This document shows positions 36,242 to 45,785 of a stretch of 64,000 nt of DNA, in pieces; positions within the stretch are counted from its first letter, which is position 1, and every line of letters starts with the position of its first letter. The translations under genes and the position numbers were made by a program. The stretch is from a virus: positions 1-64,000 of IMG/VR virus record IMGVR_UViG_3300023116_000031. The stretch is one strand, 5' to 3'. The notes beneath the pieces are model-generated. The model saw only the letters and a program-made list of their open reading frames with translations. It was not told where the DNA came from and ran no database searches.

Positions 36242-36681
36242 TAGTGCGTTATTATAGAATGTTTGATGAAGTCGAGCATCCCTCGCTCGCAACCGCTGGT
36301 TCAGCCTGTGTTGATATTAGAGCATATTGTCCGAATGGTTCTTACATCATTGATCCAGGGCAGAGACTTTTAATTCGCACCGGGCTCATTTTTGACATTC
36401 CCGACGGGTATAGCATTCGGCTTCATCCTCGGTCGGGATTGTCTATTAAGAACGGCATCACACTTATCAACGCAGAGGGTGTGATTGACTCTGATTATGT
36501 GGAAGAAGTGAAGATTCCTATCATCAATCTTGGGCATCATCAGTTTACCGTTAATCATGGAGAGCGTGTATGTCAGGCTGAGCTTGTCGAAAATTACATT
36601 GCGTATCCTCAAGAGATCATGGAACCTCCTGCGCGGAAGACAACTCGGGCGGGAGGATTTGGTTCTACAGGAGTAAACTGA
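36238..36681 (+). CDS. dut: Trimeric dUTPase
   Basis: PRSGL, GVIDSDY, GERVCQ, RAGGFGSTG. Confidence 0.93.
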   Translation: MIVRYYRMFDEVEHPSLATAGSACVDIRAYCPNGSYIIDPGQRLLIRTGLIFDIPDGYSIRLHPRSGLSIKNGITLINAEGVIDSDYVEEVKIPIINLGHHQFTVNHGERVCQAELVENYIAYPQEIMEPPARKTTRAGGFGSTGVN

Positions 36682-36682
36682 T

Positions 36683-37408
36683 ATGATTATGGATGGGCGG
36701 CCGCCGACGACAACACCGCTTTATCGAAAACCAGAGACGCGAATCATCAACAAGGTATTTCTTCATTGCTCTGCTTCGGGTCTTCCTGAACATGCTCGTG
36801 TTGATGTGATTGATATGTGGCATCGTAAGCGAGGGTTTGATGAGATCGGCTATCACTACTTCATTGATTTTGAAGGAAAGATATGGCATGGTCGAGACAT
36901 TGAAAAGAAGCCAGCAGCACAGAAGGGGCACAACACAGGATCAGTTGCGATTTGTTTGGCAGGATTACGACAGACAGACTTTCGTTTAGTTCAGCTCGAT
37001 TCATTGATTCACTTGTGTTACGAGATCAATCACGCACACAACGGCAATGTTACCTTTCATGGGCATTGTGAAGTATCAAACAAATCGTGCCCAGTCTTTG
37101 ATTACAAACATTATCTAAAGCTCGATGCTGATGGTGTGCTTGGAGGAAATAGAACAGACATTACGGCTGCACTTGAACTGTTCGATACCGGAGTTGCGAT
37201 TGTTCAACTTCAGCGGCAACTAAATCATTGGTTAGGTTCCAATGGAAAACGAATGGTTCATGTTGATGGCGTGTTTGGTAATGAAACTGCTCAAGCAGTT
37301 ATTGATTTTCAAATTGCAAACGACTTGCCACCAACAGGCAGGGTCGATAGTTTAACGAAGCTACAGCTTCCGATACTTGTATATCATGGAGGACAAGAAA
37401 ATGAGTGA
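36683..37408 (+). CDS. Endolysin: N-acetylmuramoyl-L-alanine amidase with a peptidoglycan-binding domain
   Basis: LHCSA, IGYHYFI, GHN, HGH, KSCP; C-terminal LQ..L...VDGVFG.ET..AV..FQ. Confidence 0.88.
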   Translation: MIMDGRPPTTTPLYRKPETRIINKVFLHCSASGLPEHARVDVIDMWHRKRGFDEIGYHYFIDFEGKIWHGRDIEKKPAAQKGHNTGSVAICLAGLRQTDFRLVQLDSLIHLCYEINHAHNGNVTFHGHCEVSNKSCPVFDYKHYLKLDADGVLGGNRTDITAALELFDTGVAIVQLQRQLNHWLGSNGKRMVHVDGVFGNETAQAVIDFQIANDLPPTGRVDSLTKLQLPILVYHGGQENE

Positions 37409-37679
37409 AGTGAAAGTGATTCATCCTATCAGCGGGTCCGCTCCGATCATTGCCAAAGTATCAAAACTTCATCGAGATGAGTATTATACACTTGAAAATC
37501 CTCTTTCGTTGGTGTATTATAAAGACGAAGAGAACAAAGAAAGAGTTAGTGTTATCAATATCCTTGTATATGCCAAAGATAAAAAGGTAGATATAAGAGC
37601 CGATCATATTCTGTTCATCTATGAACCTTCGGATGAAACTCTCGAATTTTACAACAAGAAAGTGATTGATGTCGGTTGA
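37401..37679 (+). CDS. Small Sm-like-fold protein upstream of gp43
   Basis: IIAKV...LENP...I....ILF...P....EFY pattern and its position. Confidence 0.5.
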   Translation: MSEVKVIHPISGSAPIIAKVSKLHRDEYYTLENPLSLVYYKDEENKERVSVINILVYAKDKKVDIRADHILFIYEPSDETLEFYNKKVIDVG

Positions 37680-40176
37680 CAGACTTTACACTAGCGTAGA
37701 AAACTTCAAAGGGAAGCTACTCTATCGCGGTTACGAGGATGGGCGACGGGTTCAGCAGCGTGCTAACTTCAAGCCCACTCTATATGTCCCGTCTAACGAA
37801 CCTACCGGATGGCAGGCGTTGGATGGGACTTTCGTGCTTCCGCGTCCTCAAGAGAGCATCAAAGCGTCTCGTGATTTCATCGACCGCTATAAGGGAATGT
37901 CTAACTTCAATGTGTATGGCAACATTCCCCCGCAATACGAGTTCATCAACAAAGCATTTCCCAAGACGATTGATTACAATGCTGATTTGATTCGTGTAGC
38001 GTATCTGGACATCGAGGTTGAAACCCGAAACGGATTTGCTGAACCCGCTGATGCGGATCAGCCGATTACTGCTATCTCTCTAAAGAGTGCTGGAAAGTAT
38101 TACGTCTTCGGTCTGAAGGACTATGACGTTCGACAGGGTAATGTTGAGTATTACCTTGCGGAAGACGAAGAGGATCTTCTTCAGCAGTTCATTGCGACAT
38201 GGCGTGCTTTGGATGTGGATGTTGTGACTGGATGGAATGTTCAGTTCTTTGATATTCCATATCTGGTCAATCGTATTACGAATGTGTTTGATCTGGATAC
38301 CGCGCGAAAGCTGTCTCCATGGGGGCACTTCACAACGCGCAACGCGATCATTCATGGACGTGAACAAATGGCTATGACACTTGTTGGAATTGCCATTCTT
38401 GATTATCTTGAGCTTTATAAGAAGTTCACCTTCACGCAGCAATCGAGCTACAAGCTGAACCATATCGCATATATCGAGTTGGGGCAGGAGAAGGTTGACT
38501 ACTCCGAGTATGGCACTCTACATGATTTGTATGACAACGACTATCAGAAGTTCATCGACTACAACATTCAAGACGTTGAGCTTATCGAGCGGCTTGAAGC
38601 AAAGATGAAGTTCATTGAGCAAGCCTATGCTCTGGCTTACTCTGCGAAAGTCAATCTCAACGATGTGTTCTCGCAAGTGCGTATGTGGGATGTGATGATC
38701 CACAACTATTTGATGGAGCGCCACATTGTCATTCCGCAAAAGAAGGAGTCCAAGAAGGATGAAAAGTATGCGGGTGCTTATGTCGCTGAACCCATTACTG
38801 GTATGCACGACTGGGTTGTGAGTTTCGACCTTGCGTCTCTGTATCCGCATTTGATTATGATGTATAACATTTCGCCGGAGACATTGACTTCACATACCGA
38901 GAAAATTAGCATTCAGGATGTGATTGATCGCAAGGTATCGTTCAAAAACTCGGATGTTTGTGTTGCTGCGAATGGTCACACATTCCGGCGCGATGTTCGT
39001 GGATTTCTCCCTGAGATGATGCAGATGTTGTATAATCAGCGCAAGGAATACAAGCGGTCGATGATTGAAGCAGAGCAGGAGCTTGTTGATTGTACCGGTG
39101 GGCTGGCTGAACGTGATGCGATCAAGAACAAGATCGCGAAGTTCAAAAACTTTCAGCTTGCTAGAAAAGTTCAGCTCAACTCAGCTTATGGCGCTTTGGG
39201 GAATCAATACTTTCGCCACTATGATCTGCGACAAGCAGAAGCGATCACAATGTCCGGGCAGCTTTCTATTCGTTGGATCGCGACTCGATTGAATGAGTTT
39301 CTGAACAAAGCATGTGGAACAGAGGACAACCAGTTCGTCATCGCGGGTGACACAGATTCGGTTTATCTGAATCTCAAGCCTGTAGTGGATAAGTTCTACG
39401 GCGACAATCTCCCTGAAACAAGCAAGGTCATTGATTTCCTTGACAGTCTGTGCCAGAAAAAGATCCAACCTTTCATTGACAAGTCGTATCAGGAGTTGTC
39501 CGATACGATGAATGCCTATGAACAGAAGATGGATATGGAACGAGAGGTCATCGCGGATCGTGGAGTGTGGGTCGCCAAGAAGCGTTACATGCTCAACGTC
39601 CATGATAGCGAAGGTGTGCGCTACGATGAGCCGAAGCTGAAGATCATGGGTCTGGAAGCAGTCAAGTCTTCGACTCCGGCAGCTTGCCGGGACAATCTCA
39701 AGAAAGTGATGCGACTGATTCTGACCCATACCGAAAGCGATGTGATTGATTTCATTGAAGCGTTTCGTAAGGAGTTCAAGACGTTGCCTTTGGATGATAT
39801 TGCGTTTCCTCGTGGCGTTAATGGTCTGCGAAAGTATCGGTCAGCAGATACCATTTGGAAGAAAAGCACTCCGATTCATGTCAAGGGAGCATTGATATAT
39901 AATCACATGCGCGAGGAGCGTGGTGTTGCGAAGAAGTATGAAGAGATTCGTGACGGCGACAAGCTCAAGTTTGTTCATCTTCGTGAACCGAACGAAGCCA
40001 TGGCTCCGGTCATCTCGTTCCCTGATGAGCGCATTCCGGCTGAGTTTAATCTAAGCAATGTGATCGACCATGACACTCAGTTCGATAAGGCGTTCGTCGA
40101 ACCGTTGAAAATCATTCTCGATACGATTGGATGGCAAACAGAACGCAAATCCACTTTGGAGGCATTCTTCTCGTGA
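37669..40176 (+). CDS. gp43: Family B DNA polymerase
   Basis: DIE, GWN..FFD, YNIQD, SFDLASLYP, K..LNSAYG, GDTDS, KKRY. Confidence 0.97.
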   Translation: MSVDRLYTSVENFKGKLLYRGYEDGRRVQQRANFKPTLYVPSNEPTGWQALDGTFVLPRPQESIKASRDFIDRYKGMSNFNVYGNIPPQYEFINKAFPKTIDYNADLIRVAYLDIEVETRNGFAEPADADQPITAISLKSAGKYYVFGLKDYDVRQGNVEYYLAEDEEDLLQQFIATWRALDVDVVTGWNVQFFDIPYLVNRITNVFDLDTARKLSPWGHFTTRNAIIHGREQMAMTLVGIAILDYLELYKKFTFTQQSSYKLNHIAYIELGQEKVDYSEYGTLHDLYDNDYQKFIDYNIQDVELIERLEAKMKFIEQAYALAYSAKVNLNDVFSQVRMWDVMIHNYLMERHIVIPQKKESKKDEKYAGAYVAEPITGMHDWVVSFDLASLYPHLIMMYNISPETLTSHTEKISIQDVIDRKVSFKNSDVCVAANGHTFRRDVRGFLPEMMQMLYNQRKEYKRSMIEAEQELVDCTGGLAERDAIKNKIAKFKNFQLARKVQLNSAYGALGNQYFRHYDLRQAEAITMSGQLSIRWIATRLNEFLNKACGTEDNQFVIAGDTDSVYLNLKPVVDKFYGDNLPETSKVIDFLDSLCQKKIQPFIDKSYQELSDTMNAYEQKMDMEREVIADRGVWVAKKRYMLNVHDSEGVRYDEPKLKIMGLEAVKSSTPAACRDNLKKVMRLILTHTESDVIDFIEAFRKEFKTLPLDDIAFPRGVNGLRKYRSADTIWKKSTPIHVKGALIYNHMREERGVAKKYEEIRDGDKLKFVHLREPNEAMAPVISFPDERIPAEFNLSNVIDHDTQFDKAFVEPLKIILDTIGWQTERKSTLEAFFS

Positions 40177-40421
40177 GTTACTATATGATGATCAGCAAAG
40201 ACAACTGCCCATATTGCGTAAAAGCAAAGGCGTTGTTCAAGACGTATGATGTTCCCGTTGATGTGCTGAATGTTCCTGATGATCTTAGTCGGGATGAGTT
40301 CATCCATATATTTGAAGGTATGGAACAACCTCTGACTGTTCCGAAGGTATATGCTGGAAATGAAGTGATCGGCGGATACCGAGAATTGGTTGAATATTTT
40401 AGGGAGCTTGGTGAAAGATGA
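40173..40421 (+). CDS. nrdC: Glutaredoxin
   Basis: CPYC, TVP, IGGY. Confidence 0.85.
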   Translation: MSYYMMISKDNCPYCVKAKALFKTYDVPVDVLNVPDDLSRDEFIHIFEGMEQPLTVPKVYAGNEVIGGYRELVEYFRELGER

Positions 40422-41452
40422 GTTTTTTCAAAGACATTACACGGTCGATCAGTAAGATCAATCCTGATGTAAATGAGTTCGGTGATGTTGAAGCGTGGGT
40501 GGATACTGGTTCGTATGTGCTGAATGCTCTTTTGAGCGGAAGCATTTATGGTGGCATTCCAAATAACAAGATCGTCGCGCTGGCTGGTGAGAGTTCTACT
40601 GGTAAGACGTTTTTCACTCTGGGTATTGTCAAACAATTTCTTAAAGACAATCCTGAAGGTGCGTGCTTCTACTTTGAGAGTGAGGATGCCATTACGAAGC
40701 AGATGTTGATCGAGCGTGACATTGATCCTGATCGTGTTATCTCTGTTCCGGTCGCGACCGTTCAGGAGTTTCGGCATCAAGCTGTTACGATTCTCGACAA
40801 GTATCTGGAGGTAGCCGAGAAGGATCGCCCTCCGATGATGTTCTGTTTGGATAGTCTCGGAATGCTCTCGACGACCAAGGAGATTGAGGATACCGCTGAA
40901 GGTAAAGAGACACGAGACATGACGCGAGCGCAGCTCGTTCGTGCAACCTTTCGTGTGTTGACGTTGAAGCTCGGTAAGGCTGGTGTTCCGATGATCGTCA
41001 CCAATCACACCTACGAGACAATGGGTATGTTCTCGACGAAGGAGATGAGTGGTGGCGCTGGTCTGAAGTATGCCTCTGACTACATCGTGTTTCTTTCAAA
41101 GAAGAAGGAGAAGGATGGAACTGAGGTTGTTGGAAACATCATTCATTGTCTGAACAAGAAGAGCCGATTGACCAAAGAAAATATGATGATTGATGTGTTG
41201 CTTCGCTACGATAGTGGTTTGTCGCGACACTATGGGCTTCTTGAGTTGGCTGTTGAAGCTGGTGTGTTCAAGAAGATGTCAACCAAGTTCGAGCTGCCTG
41301 ATGGAACAACCCAGTTCGGCAAGACGATCCTAAAGAACCCGGAGAAGTATTTCACAAAGGAAGTGTTGGATGCGATCGACGGCGTTTGTAAAGCGAAGTT
41401 CTGTTATGGGTCTGCGATTGTAGAGGAGGAAACCGATGAGCAAGGTGAGTGA
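40418..41452 (+). CDS. uvsX: RecA-like recombinase UvsX
   Basis: [31 protein letters not shown]. Confidence 0.93.
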   Translation: MSFFKDITRSISKINPDVNEFGDVEAWVDTGSYVLNALLSGSIYGGIPNNKIVALAGESSTGKTFFTLGIVKQFLKDNPEGACFYFESEDAITKQMLIERDIDPDRVISVPVATVQEFRHQAVTILDKYLEVAEKDRPPMMFCLDSLGMLSTTKEIEDTAEGKETRDMTRAQLVRATFRVLTLKLGKAGVPMIVTNHTYETMGMFSTKEMSGGAGLKYASDYIVFLSKKKEKDGTEVVGNIIHCLNKKSRLTKENMMIDVLLRYDSGLSRHYGLLELAVEAGVFKKMSTKFELPDGTTQFGKTILKNPEKYFTKEVLDAIDGVCKAKFCYGSAIVEEETDEQGE

Positions 41453-41795
41453 ACGATACGAGATGGTCCCTGATCTCGATGGCACAGAAGATGCTTGGTG
41501 TATTCGTCTGAAAGAAGAGCCATTTGAGGGTGTCATTTATCGGTACGGTAAAGTGAAGCTACAGGTAAATGAAGAGAGTGATGATCATTTGACAGCCAAC
41601 TTCGTCTATGATATTCTTGTTGTTCCTGAACAGTTACAGGAGCAGACTTTTGAGGATGAAGTCAAGTGGGACTTTGAGAGATTGATCGGAGATATTCTGA
41701 TGGACATTGTTCAGACCGCGATCGACAACTCGGAAGTAACCGAAACAGAAGATGAAGATGGAAACCTTACCATCAAGAGAAAGGTAACTTTTTAG
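41436..41795 (+). CDS. Conserved T4-like protein between uvsX and gp41
   Basis: I.L.E.PF.GVIY.YG.V...IGDIL; syntenic position. Confidence 0.65.
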   Translation: MSKVSERYEMVPDLDGTEDAWCIRLKEEPFEGVIYRYGKVKLQVNEESDDHLTANFVYDILVVPEQLQEQTFEDEVKWDFERLIGDILMDIVQTAIDNSEVTETEDEDGNLTIKRKVTF

Positions 41796-43177
41796 TGGAT
41801 AGAGTGGAATACACAATCATTCGCAACCTGGTCCGTAACGAGGACTTTGCGCGAAAGGTCGTTCCGTTTATTGATCCTGAGTATTTCAGCATCAAGGCGG
41901 AGCGAACCATCATTGAACAAATCGTTGAGTTCTTTTCGGAATATAATGCGTCCCCAACTCCAGAGACGCTTGCGATTGACTTGAATGAAAAACGTGGAAT
42001 CACCGAGACTGAGTTCAAAGATATTCAAGAGACATTGAATCAAATCTCTTCCAATGCTCCGGCCCCCGACGCTGACTGGCTCGTCGATACTACAGAGAAG
42101 TTCTGTAAGGATCGCGCGGTGTTCAATGCTGTGCGTGAGAGTATTGCTATTCTGGACGGGCAAGGGCAGGTGACGAAGGAGGCTATTCCCGACATTCTAT
42201 CGAAAGCTCTGGGTGTTTCTTTTGATACCAACGTCGGGCATGATTATCTTGAAGACGCAGACGAACGATTTAACTTCTATCACAACACCGAAACGCACAT
42301 TCCGTTTGACCTTGATTATTTCAACAAGATCACAAACGGTGGATTGGTTCCGAAAACATTCAATGTTCTGATGGGTGGACCCGGAACTGGTAAGACACTT
42401 GTTATGTGTCATATGGCAGCAGCGTATCTTGCTCAAGGCAAAGACGTTCTTTATATCACGATGGAAATGGCGGAGGAGCGCATCTCTGAGCGTATTGATG
42501 CAAACCTGCTGAACGTGCCTATCAAGGATATTCAGCACTTGAGCAAAGAAAAGTATGACGAGAAGATCGGGAAGCTGAGAAAGAAAACGGACGGCAAACT
42601 AATTGTAAAAGAGTATCCCACTTCACAAGCTGGATCTGCTCACTTCCGTCATCTGCTCAACGAGCTGAAGCTGAAGAAGGATTGGCAGCCCGAGATTATC
42701 TTTGTCGATTATCTCAACATCTGTATGTCATCTCGTTTCAAGTTCGGAGCAAACGTGAACTCATACACTTATATTAAAAGCATCGCAGAGGAGCTTCGCG
42801 GTCTTGCCGTGGAGCGAGAGGTTATTCTCATCTCCGCAACCCAAGTCAATCGAGAAGGATATGGATCGAGTGACATTGCGATGGAAAATGTATCCGAGAG
42901 CTTTGGGCTCCCGGCTACTGCGGACTTGTTTCTTGGAATCATCACTAACGACGAGCTTCAGCAGTTGAACCAGTTGATGATCAAACAGTTGAAAAATCGC
43001 TACAACGACCCTACCGAGAACGCGAAGTTCGTGGTAGGCGTGGATCGGAGCAAAATGAGACTGTATGATTGTGAGCAATCGGCTCAAAAGGATGTGGACG
43101 ATGGCCCTGCATTCGATAAGACCGAGTTCGGCAGTCGAGAGTCTGGGAGAGATTTTTCTGGGATCAAGGTACTCTAA
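41795..43177 (+). CDS. gp41: Replicative DNA helicase
   Basis: VGHDY, GTGKT, EMAEE, VDYLNI, AEELRGLA, SESFGLPATAD, KNRY. Confidence 0.96.
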   Translation: MDRVEYTIIRNLVRNEDFARKVVPFIDPEYFSIKAERTIIEQIVEFFSEYNASPTPETLAIDLNEKRGITETEFKDIQETLNQISSNAPAPDADWLVDTTEKFCKDRAVFNAVRESIAILDGQGQVTKEAIPDILSKALGVSFDTNVGHDYLEDADERFNFYHNTETHIPFDLDYFNKITNGGLVPKTFNVLMGGPGTGKTLVMCHMAAAYLAQGKDVLYITMEMAEERISERIDANLLNVPIKDIQHLSKEKYDEKIGKLRKKTDGKLIVKEYPTSQAGSAHFRHLLNELKLKKDWQPEIIFVDYLNICMSSRFKFGANVNSYTYIKSIAEELRGLAVEREVILISATQVNREGYGSSDIAMENVSESFGLPATADLFLGIITNDELQQLNQLMIKQLKNRYNDPTENAKFVVGVDRSKMRLYDCEQSAQKDVDDGPAFDKTEFGSRESGRDFSGIKVL

Positions 43178-43224
43178 ATACGGGTGGAGGATTGATCCTT
43201 CACCTTTTGCAAAAGGAGAACATC

Positions 43225-43401
43225 ATGGAATGGCTAACAGCTAACATTGGCAACATCTTTCAGATTATTACAGGTGTTGTTGGTATTGCTGCTATCGTTG
43301 CGACCATGACACCGAACGACAGCGATAATGAGCTTATTCAGAAGATTCTGGATTTCGTTAATCTGCTTGGCGCAAACGTCGGTAACGCACGCAACGCATA
43401 G
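43225..43401 (+). CDS. Small holin-like membrane protein
   Basis: Late promoter CTAAATA at 43174; AGGAG RBS; hydrophobic helix then TPNDSD; own terminator. Confidence 0.5.
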   Translation: MEWLTANIGNIFQIITGVVGIAAIVATMTPNDSDNELIQKILDFVNLLGANVGNARNA

Positions 43402-43421
43402 CACGAATCTGATTGATTCAC

Positions 43422-43452
43422 AGCCCGCTATCTTCGGATGGCGGGCTTTTTC
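43422..43452 (+). terminator. Intrinsic terminator with a cUUCGg tetraloop
   Basis: AGCCCGCTATC-TTCG-GATGGCGGGCT-TTTT. Confidence 0.85.
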
Positions 43453-43467
43453 AGGTCCTGCTGTGGC

Positions 43468-43474
43468 ATAAATA
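43468..43474 (+). promoter_or_regulatory. T4-type late promoter
   Basis: ATAAATA upstream of 43500. Confidence 0.6.
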
Positions 43475-43499
43475 GGGGAGGTTATCGGGAGGATTTGTC

Positions 43500-44555
43500 A
43501 TGGCAAATTATGGAGCAATAAAGACTGGAACAGAAATGACCAGTTGGGATTACTATATTCTTGGTAACAAAGATATGCTCAAAAAGACATTCAAAACCGA
43601 CAAGGCTGGGGACATCCTAGATGACCGCGACAGGAAGATCGCCAAATTTGCCAAAGGGGTGAGTCTGAAACTTCTCGACACCGGAACCTATCCAGGGCCA
43701 GGAAGGGTTCCTTACGCTAGAGTCAATCTAGCCGGGACGATTGGATACATCAAGATTTCATGTATCCAAAAACTAACATCAGGAACAACTAAAGTATCGG
43801 GTAAAGCTGGAATCCGACCTCAAGAGAGACAAGAATTTGGTGTGATCGAGGCGATCACCAATTTCTACAATTCATATGGAAAGCCAATCACAATTCTGAA
43901 CGCGAACAATAAGTATCCCAAGATCACAGGGGTAACTGGTGCTAGTAAAAATGATGGAACGAATCAGTATGGAAAAGAACCATATGCTGATGTTTGGGTA
44001 CACAGGAGAGGGACAAAGTTAGGGGTTTCAAATAAGGGTGAATCTGCTCCGTCTGTGGCTGGTGGTGGATTGGAGGGAATGTATAGGATGGACGCAGCCT
44101 ATATGCACAAGATATTCAACAAAGCACTCAGCGAATCAATGAAATCAGAAGGATTTGAGATCGGATCGCACACAAAATTGTCTGACATTTTCGTTAAGGT
44201 TGATTCTACCGATTTCATCAAGAAGATGTTCGTCGGAACGACGGAGATGGGTGGTCCCGTTGACTATATGTATATCGGTGACATGGATGTTGCATTTGAG
44301 GTAGACAGCAAAAAGGGAACTCTAAAATTCACGAACGGAAACTTCATTTCCGTTGCCACATACGTTCGCGAACACCCTAACATTTACTTTAGAATCAGAA
44401 GAAGAGATGTAGGCTTCTACTACACAAGTGAGCTTGATGAAAGATTCATGCTGAATGGCAAGGGTCTTCCGTACATTTTCAAAAAAGGCAATACTGCAAG
44501 ATCACGATTGGTCGTGGTTACCAAACCGACCGCCGGGTCTTTGGTTATCACATGA
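43500..44555 (+). CDS. Putative PD-(D/E)xK nuclease with an extra N-terminal domain
   Basis: ERQE...EPYADV...GVSNKGESAPSVAGGG, shared with 11525..12370. Confidence 0.55.
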   Translation: MANYGAIKTGTEMTSWDYYILGNKDMLKKTFKTDKAGDILDDRDRKIAKFAKGVSLKLLDTGTYPGPGRVPYARVNLAGTIGYIKISCIQKLTSGTTKVSGKAGIRPQERQEFGVIEAITNFYNSYGKPITILNANNKYPKITGVTGASKNDGTNQYGKEPYADVWVHRRGTKLGVSNKGESAPSVAGGGLEGMYRMDAAYMHKIFNKALSESMKSEGFEIGSHTKLSDIFVKVDSTDFIKKMFVGTTEMGGPVDYMYIGDMDVAFEVDSKKGTLKFTNGNFISVATYVREHPNIYFRIRRRDVGFYYTSELDERFMLNGKGLPYIFKKGNTARSRLVVVTKPTAGSLVIT

Positions 44556-45460
44556 CATTCAACGACTTCTTGACAGAGAATAATACCTTTCGCGGAGATG
44601 CGAATGAGATCGTTCTGGGAGTTCAGCTCGCAGGATCATGGGATAGTATTATCAACTCATCAGAAGTCAAGAAAGCTCTCAAGGTTCGTCGCGATGCACT
44701 CGATCCAGAAGAATACGCAGAGGAGGAACGCAGAGCGAAGACCATGGCACCCGAGCTGAGAACTTGGTTCGATGAACAAGGTTTCGGTAAGATCAAGACA
44801 GTCGAGTGGGTGGGCAGAACGACATCTGATTCGCCCAACGCTGTGGATTTGATCGTGACATTTACTGACGGAAAGACATTTGGTGTCTCTGCGAAGAGTA
44901 CCGGGCAGGGAAGAGAGATTGTCTATCAGTCAGCAGGGCTTGGTACGATTGACTCTGCGCTCAAGACCAATCTCGTGGACACCCGAAACAGAGCAGAGCA
45001 GCGATTTATTGACAAATACAACCTATCGGATCAGCCTATTCGCCGGAAGGAAGAGATTCGAGGAAATCCTATTATGACAAAGAAGGCGAACGAAGAGCGC
45101 AGCGTAATACTTCGGAACATTAGAAATACGCTATATCGTAAACTAGACATGCTACCACAACCCAAACTGAAGCAGTTCATTTCCACCCAACTGTTAGGTG
45201 ATAACACCCATTCTTTGGGTTATGTTCAAGTGACGGGGCATGGATCTGGTAAAGTCACGATCACAAATCCGAAGAAGAACGAAAAGCGAACAGCCCTGAA
45301 GACACAGAAGGTCGTCATGGACAAAAGCGGTAATGACTCAATTACATTCAAAGCAGGGGACATAAATATAGCAAGGGTAAGAATCAAGTATGGTACAGTT
45401 CCGCTTGCGACCCCGATTGAAGTTTCTATTGATCCTTGGTCTATTGTGAGGAGTGAGTAA
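44552..45460 (+). CDS. Restriction-endonuclease-like PD-(D/E)xK protein with a capsid-targeting-like N-terminus
   Basis: MTFNDFLTE; GDANE; NAVDLIV....FGVSAKS. Confidence 0.6.
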   Translation: MTFNDFLTENNTFRGDANEIVLGVQLAGSWDSIINSSEVKKALKVRRDALDPEEYAEEERRAKTMAPELRTWFDEQGFGKIKTVEWVGRTTSDSPNAVDLIVTFTDGKTFGVSAKSTGQGREIVYQSAGLGTIDSALKTNLVDTRNRAEQRFIDKYNLSDQPIRRKEEIRGNPIMTKKANEERSVILRNIRNTLYRKLDMLPQPKLKQFISTQLLGDNTHSLGYVQVTGHGSGKVTITNPKKNEKRTALKTQKVVMDKSGNDSITFKAGDINIARVRIKYGTVPLATPIEVSIDPWSIVRSE

Positions 45461-45781
45461 ATGAGTATTGAATTAGGAAAACATATGACAATCATTACTG
45501 GTGTGATTGCAATTATAGGCGCTCTTTTTGCTAGTGTCGAAGGTTATCGTGCTTTTTTGAATCGCATTGATGAGCTTCACGATCAGATCGCTCGGCTTGA
45601 AGAGGTTGAGGAACAACTTGAAGAGCAAGTCGAGAGGATGGATTATAGACTCACTATTCACAGTAATCGCTGGGCAGCGCATTACGGTCTTTGGGGTGAT
45701 AGTATTGAACGCAAGTCTATTGAGACTGGAATAGATGTTCGTGCTTTAAGACCTGTGGGGTCGTCAGAAACATTGGAGTAG
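45461..45781 (+). CDS. TM plus coiled-coil protein
   Basis: N-terminal hydrophobic helix followed by heptads. Confidence 0.55.
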   Translation: MSIELGKHMTIITGVIAIIGALFASVEGYRAFLNRIDELHDQIARLEEVEEQLEEQVERMDYRLTIHSNRWAAHYGLWGDSIERKSIETGIDVRALRPVGSSETLE

Positions 45782-45785
45782 TTCA

